Assembly (NCBI GenBank): GCA_964372275.1
Contig: CAYJRR010000031.1
Location: 1-38,788 of the forward strand
Length of the DNA stretch: 38,788 nucleotides
Origin: an uncultured bacterium
Lineage (GTDB): Bacteria > CAYJRR01
Direction: 5' to 3'
The notes under the pieces were generated by a model, which was not told the DNA's origin, made no database searches, and saw nothing but the letters and a program-made list of their open reading frames with translations. How positions within the stretch are numbered: the stretch's first letter is position 1; each line of letters starts with the position of its first letter. Of the stretch, positions 35,133 through 38,788 are shown piece by piece. The position numbers and the translations under genes are program-made.

Positions 35133-38100
35133 ATGCACAGATGGACCGCCATGGATCCACACGAACCCCGCCCACCCGAGGATCACGTCGTTCCACCCGA
35201 CGACCGGCGGCGCCGCGCCGCCGCGACGGCGCCACGGGGGATGCGGCGCCGAGACGCGACGATCGAGCGCCTGGAAGACCAGTTCCGGTCGGTGCGCGAT
35301 GCGCTGCGGATGGCGGCGCTGGGGGAGTTGGCGATCCGCCTTCCCGTCGACGGAGCGCTGGCCATCGGCGAAGCACCGAGCCTCTACGGAGAGGTGGCGT
35401 CCGCGTTCAACACCCTCCTCGACCGGACCGAGTCGTTCGTACGGGAGCTGGAGCGGACCGGGCGGGAGGTCGGCATCGAAGGGCGCACGCAGGCGCGCAT
35501 CGACATCGGGATGGTCGCGGGTTCGTGGCGTCGCGCGGTCGACGCGGCCAACGAAGGGATCGAGCGGCGCACGAACCTGATGAACGAGGTCGCGGCGGTC
35601 CTCGAGGGGGCCGCCCGCGGAGACCTGTCGCGCGACATGAGCACGAGCCTCGACGGCGCGCCCCTACAGGGGAACCTGTTGGCCCTGGCGTCGGCGGTGC
35701 AAGCGGTGGTGCAGCGGCTGCGCACCGTGAGCTCGAGCGTCTCCCGCGTCGTCCGCGAGATCGGAACGGAGGGGCGGCTCGGGGTGCAGGCCCCGGTCGA
35801 GGGGCTGACCGGAACCTGGCGGGAGCTGGTCGACGACGTCAACCTGCTGGCGGGAAACCTGACCGACCAGGTGCGGAACATCGGCCTGGTCTCGACGGCG
35901 ATTGCCAACGGCGATCTCTCGCAGAAGATCACCGTCGAGACCCGCGGCGAGATCCTCGAGGTGAAGAACGCGATCAACGCCACGGTCGACCGGTTGCGTT
36001 CGTTCGCCGCCGAGGTGATCCGGGTGGCGCGCGAGGTCGGGACCGAGGGGAAGCTCGGCGCCCAGGCCGACGTGCGGGGCGTGTCCGGGGTCTGGCAGGA
36101 ACTGACCGACAGCGTCAATCGCCTGGCCTCGAATCTCACCTCTCAAGTGCGGAACATCGCGCAGATCGCGACGGCGATCGCCAAGGGGGATCTGTCGCAG
36201 AAGATCACCGTCGAGGCCAAGGGGGAGATCCTCGAGCTCAAGGACACGATCAACGCCATGGTCGACCAGTTGCGCACCTTCGCCGGAGAGGTGACGCGGG
36301 TGGCGAGGGAGGTCGGGACCGAGGGGCGGCTGGGCGGGCAGGCCGACGTGAAGGGGGTCTCGGGGACCTGGATGGACCTGACCGACAGCGTCAACATGCT
36401 GGCGGGGAACCTCACCAACCAGGTGCGGAACATCACCCTGGTCTCGACGGCGATCGCCAACGGCGATCTCTCGCAGAAGATCACCGTCGAGGCCAAGGGG
36501 GAGATCCTCGAGCTCAAGAACGCGATCAACGCCACCGTCGAGCGGCTGGGGACGTTCGCGGCGGAGGTGACGCGCGTCGCCAAGGAGGTCGGGACAGAAG
36601 GGAAGCTCGGCGGGCAGGCCGACGTGAAGGGGGTCTCCGGCACCTGGAAGAACCTGACCGACAACGTCAACGTCATGGCCTCCAACCTCACCAGCCAGGT
36701 CCGAGGCATGGGCAAGGTGGTGACGGCGATCGCGCAGGGGGATCTTTCCCAGAAGTTCGTGGTCGAGGCGAAGGGGGAGATCGCGACGCTGGCCGACACG
36801 ATCAACAACATGACCGACACCCTGCGCACCTTCGCCGCACAGGTGACGACCGTCGCGCGCGAGGTCGGCATCGAGGGGAAGCTCGGCGGGCAGGCCAACG
36901 TACCGGGCGTCTCCGGGACCTGGAAGGACCTCACCGACAACGTGAACATGCTGGCGGGAAATCTCACCAACCAGGTGCGGAACATCGCCCTGGTGACCAC
37001 CGCCGTGGCCAACGGCGACCTCTCGCAGAAGATCACCGTCGAGGCCAAGGGGGAGATCCTCGAGCTGAAGAACACCGTCAACGTGATGGTCGACCAGCTC
37101 CGCACCTTCGCGTCGGAGGTGACGCGCATCGCGCGCGAGGTCGGGACGGAGGGGAAGCTCGGCGCGCAGGCCGACATCAAGGGGGTGGCCGGCACCTGGA
37201 AGGACCTCACCGAGAACGTAAACGTGTTGGCCGGGAACCTGACCAATCAGGTGCGGAACATCGCCGCGGTCACGACCGCCGTCGCCAACGGCGACCTCTC
37301 CAAGAAGATCACCGTCGAGGCCAAGGGCGAGATCCTGGAGCTGAAGGACACGATCAACGCCATGGTCGACCAGCTCCGGACCTTCGCAGCGGAGGTGACG
37401 CGCGTGGCGGGGGAGGTCGGGACGGAGGGACGCCTGGGCGGACAGGCGCAGGTGCCGGGCGTCGCCGGCACCTGGAAAGATTTGACCGACAACGTCAACG
37501 TGATGGCGTCGAACCTCACCGGCCAGGTGCGGGGGATCGCCAAGGTGGTGACCGCGGTCGCCGACGGCGACCTTTCGCAGAAGTTCGTGGTCGAGGCGAA
37601 GGGCGAGATCGCCGCCCTGGCCGACACGATCAACAACATGACCGATTCGCTGCGCACCTTCGCCGACCAGGTGACGACGGTGGCGCGGGAGGTCGGGATC
37701 GAGGGGAAGCTCGGAGGTCAGGCGAAGGTGCCGGGGGTCGCGGGCACCTGGCGGGAGTTGACCGACAACGTCAACATGCTCGCCGGAAACCTCACCGACC
37801 AGGTGCGGAACATCGCGCTGGTGACGACCGCCGTGGCCAACGGCGACCTTTCGCAAAAGATCACCGTCGAGGCGAAGGGCGAGATCCTGGAGCTGAAGGA
37901 CACGATCAACGCCATGGTCGACCAGCTCCGGACGTTCGGCCGCGAGGTGACGCGCGTCGCCCGCGAGGTCGGCACCGAAGGGAAGCTCGGCGGGCAGGCG
38001 ATCGTCCCCGGCGTGGCGGGGACGTGGCAGGAGCTAACCGAATCGGTCAACGTCATGGCCGGGAACCTCACCAGCCAGGTGCGAGGGATCGCCCGGGTCG

Positions 38101-38788
38101 TCACGGCGGTGGCCAACGGCGATCTGGCCCCGAAGCTGGTGCTCGAAGCGCGCGGCGAGATCGCGGCGCTTGCCGACACCATCAACGACATGACCGACAC
38201 GCTCCGCACCTTCGCCGACCAGGTGACGACGGTCGCCCGGGAGGTCGGGATCGAAGGGAAGCTCGGCGGCCAGGCGCGCGTGCCGGGAGCGGCCGGGACC
38301 TGGAAGGACCTGACCGAGAGCGTGAACATGCTCGCGGGGAACTTGACCGCGCAGGTGAGGAACATCGCGCTGGTCACCACCGCCGTCGCCAACGGCGACC
38401 TCTCCAAGAAGATCACCGTCGAGGCCAAGGGCGAGATCCTCGAGCTGAAGGACACCCTGAACGCGATGGTGGAGCAGCTCCGTACCTTCGCGGCGGAGGT
38501 GACGCGCGTGGCGCGCGAGGTCGGTACCGAGGGGCAGCTCGGCGGACAGGCGCGCGTGCCGGGGGTCTCCGGCACCTGGAAGGACCTGACCGACAACGTC
38601 AATCTGATGGCCTCGAACCTCACCGACCAGGTGCGCGGCATCGGGATGGTGGTCACCGCCGTCGCCAACGGCGACCTCTCCAAGAAGCTGGTGGTGGTGG
38701 CCAAGGGGGAGATCGCGCGGCTGGCCGACACGATCAACAACATGACCGACACGCTGCGCACCTTCGCCGACCAGGTGACGACGGTGGC
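35133..38788 (+). CDS. Poly-HAMP protein, probable OS-1/NIK1/OsaA-type hybrid histidine kinase (3' end beyond window)
   Basis: Reading frame open to the window end (absent from ORF track); in-frame ATG at 35133 (AAAGGA upstream) or 35151. The 92-aa unit [60 protein letters not shown] repeats. The kinase domain is not visible in the window. Confidence 0.92.
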   Translation, partial: MHRWTAMDPHEPRPPEDHVVPPDDRRRRAAATAPRGMRRRDATIERLEDQFRSVRDALRMAALGELAIRLPVDGALAIGEAPSLYGEVASAFNTLLDRTESFVRELERTGREVGIEGRTQARIDIGMVAGSWRRAVDAANEGIERRTNLMNEVAAVLEGAARGDLSRDMSTSLDGAPLQGNLLALASAVQAVVQRLRTVSSSVSRVVREIGTEGRLGVQAPVEGLTGTWRELVDDVNLLAGNLTDQVRNIGLVSTAIANGDLSQKITVETRGEILEVKNAINATVDRLRSFAAEVIRVAREVGTEGKLGAQADVRGVSGVWQELTDSVNRLASNLTSQVRNIAQIATAIAKGDLSQKITVEAKGEILELKDTINAMVDQLRTFAGEVTRVAREVGTEGRLGGQADVKGVSGTWMDLTDSVNMLAGNLTNQVRNITLVSTAIANGDLSQKITVEAKGEILELKNAINATVERLGTFAAEVTRVAKEVGTEGKLGGQADVKGVSGTWKNLTDNVNVMASNLTSQVRGMGKVVTAIAQGDLSQKFVVEAKGEIATLADTINNMTDTLRTFAAQVTTVAREVGIEGKLGGQANVPGVSGTWKDLTDNVNMLAGNLTNQVRNIALVTTAVANGDLSQKITVEAKGEILELKNTVNVMVDQLRTFASEVTRIAREVGTEGKLGAQADIKGVAGTWKDLTENVNVLAGNLTNQVRNIAAVTTAVANGDLSKKITVEAKGEILELKDTINAMVDQLRTFAAEVTRVAGEVGTEGRLGGQAQVPGVAGTWKDLTDNVNVMASNLTGQVRGIAKVVTAVADGDLSQKFVVEAKGEIAALADTINNMTDSLRTFADQVTTVAREVGIEGKLGGQAKVPGVAGTWRELTDNVNMLAGNLTDQVRNIALVTTAVANGDLSQKITVEAKGEILELKDTINAMVDQLRTFGREVTRVAREVGTEGKLGGQAIVPGVAGTWQELTESVNVMAGNLTSQVRGIARVVTAVANGDLAPKLVLEARGEIAALADTINDMTDTLRTFADQVTTVAREVGIEGKLGGQARVPGAAGTWKDLTESVNMLAGNLTAQVRNIALVTTAVANGDLSKKITVEAKGEILELKDTLNAMVEQLRTFAAEVTRVAREVGTEGQLGGQARVPGVSGTWKDLTDNVNLMASNLTDQVRGIGMVVTAVANGDLSKKLVVVAKGEIARLADTINNMTDTLRTFADQVTTV
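35757..38788 (+). repeat. 276-bp coding tandem repeat (HAMP units)
   Basis: E(V/I)G(T/I)EG codons begin at 35757, 36033, 36309, 36585, 36861, 37137, 37413, 37689, 37965, 38241 and 38517 (exact 276-nt period), plus a divergent unit at 35466. Confidence 0.95.

Noticed and set aside
35384-38761. Long minus-strand ORFs over the HAMP region
   Set aside because: They are antisense shadows of the repetitive + strand poly-HAMP frame, which carries the recognisable motif.

Overview
High-GC (about 70% by eye) bacterial chromosomal window, most consistent with a Myxococcota/Deltaproteobacteria-type organism (inferred from the many lipoproteins, sigma54-type promoters, a GAF-PulE ATPase and a poly-HAMP protein). 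It holds about 34 densely packed CDS. Enzymes include an acyl-CoA dehydrogenase, YgiQ and PA0069-type radical SAM proteins, a class III adenylate cyclase, an RluA-family pseudouridine synthase, an atypical adenosine deaminase, PepQ, a CotH kinase, an MBL-fold hydrolase, a Rieske protein, and a Spinster-like MFS paired with an acyltransferase. There are also many uncharacterised secreted proteins and lipoproteins. The window ends in a truncated poly-HAMP gene of at least 1218 codons that the ORF track missed. I found no rRNA, tRNA, CRISPR array, transposase or integrase. The main unexplained structure is a dispersed family of AT-rich palindromic elements (5 copies) with heptamer-repeat arms, a conserved ACCG(A/G)C(A/C)A core and a variable spacer of about 20 nt. 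They sit at gene ends, contain stop codons, and in one case appear to supply a start codon and part of a signal peptide. Other signals are a second (TCGGA/TCCGA)n repeat family, a recurring leaderless-mRNA promoter layout, several sigma54 boxes ahead of secreted proteins, and a FadR-like operator. All calls come from manual motif reading; no database searches were run.
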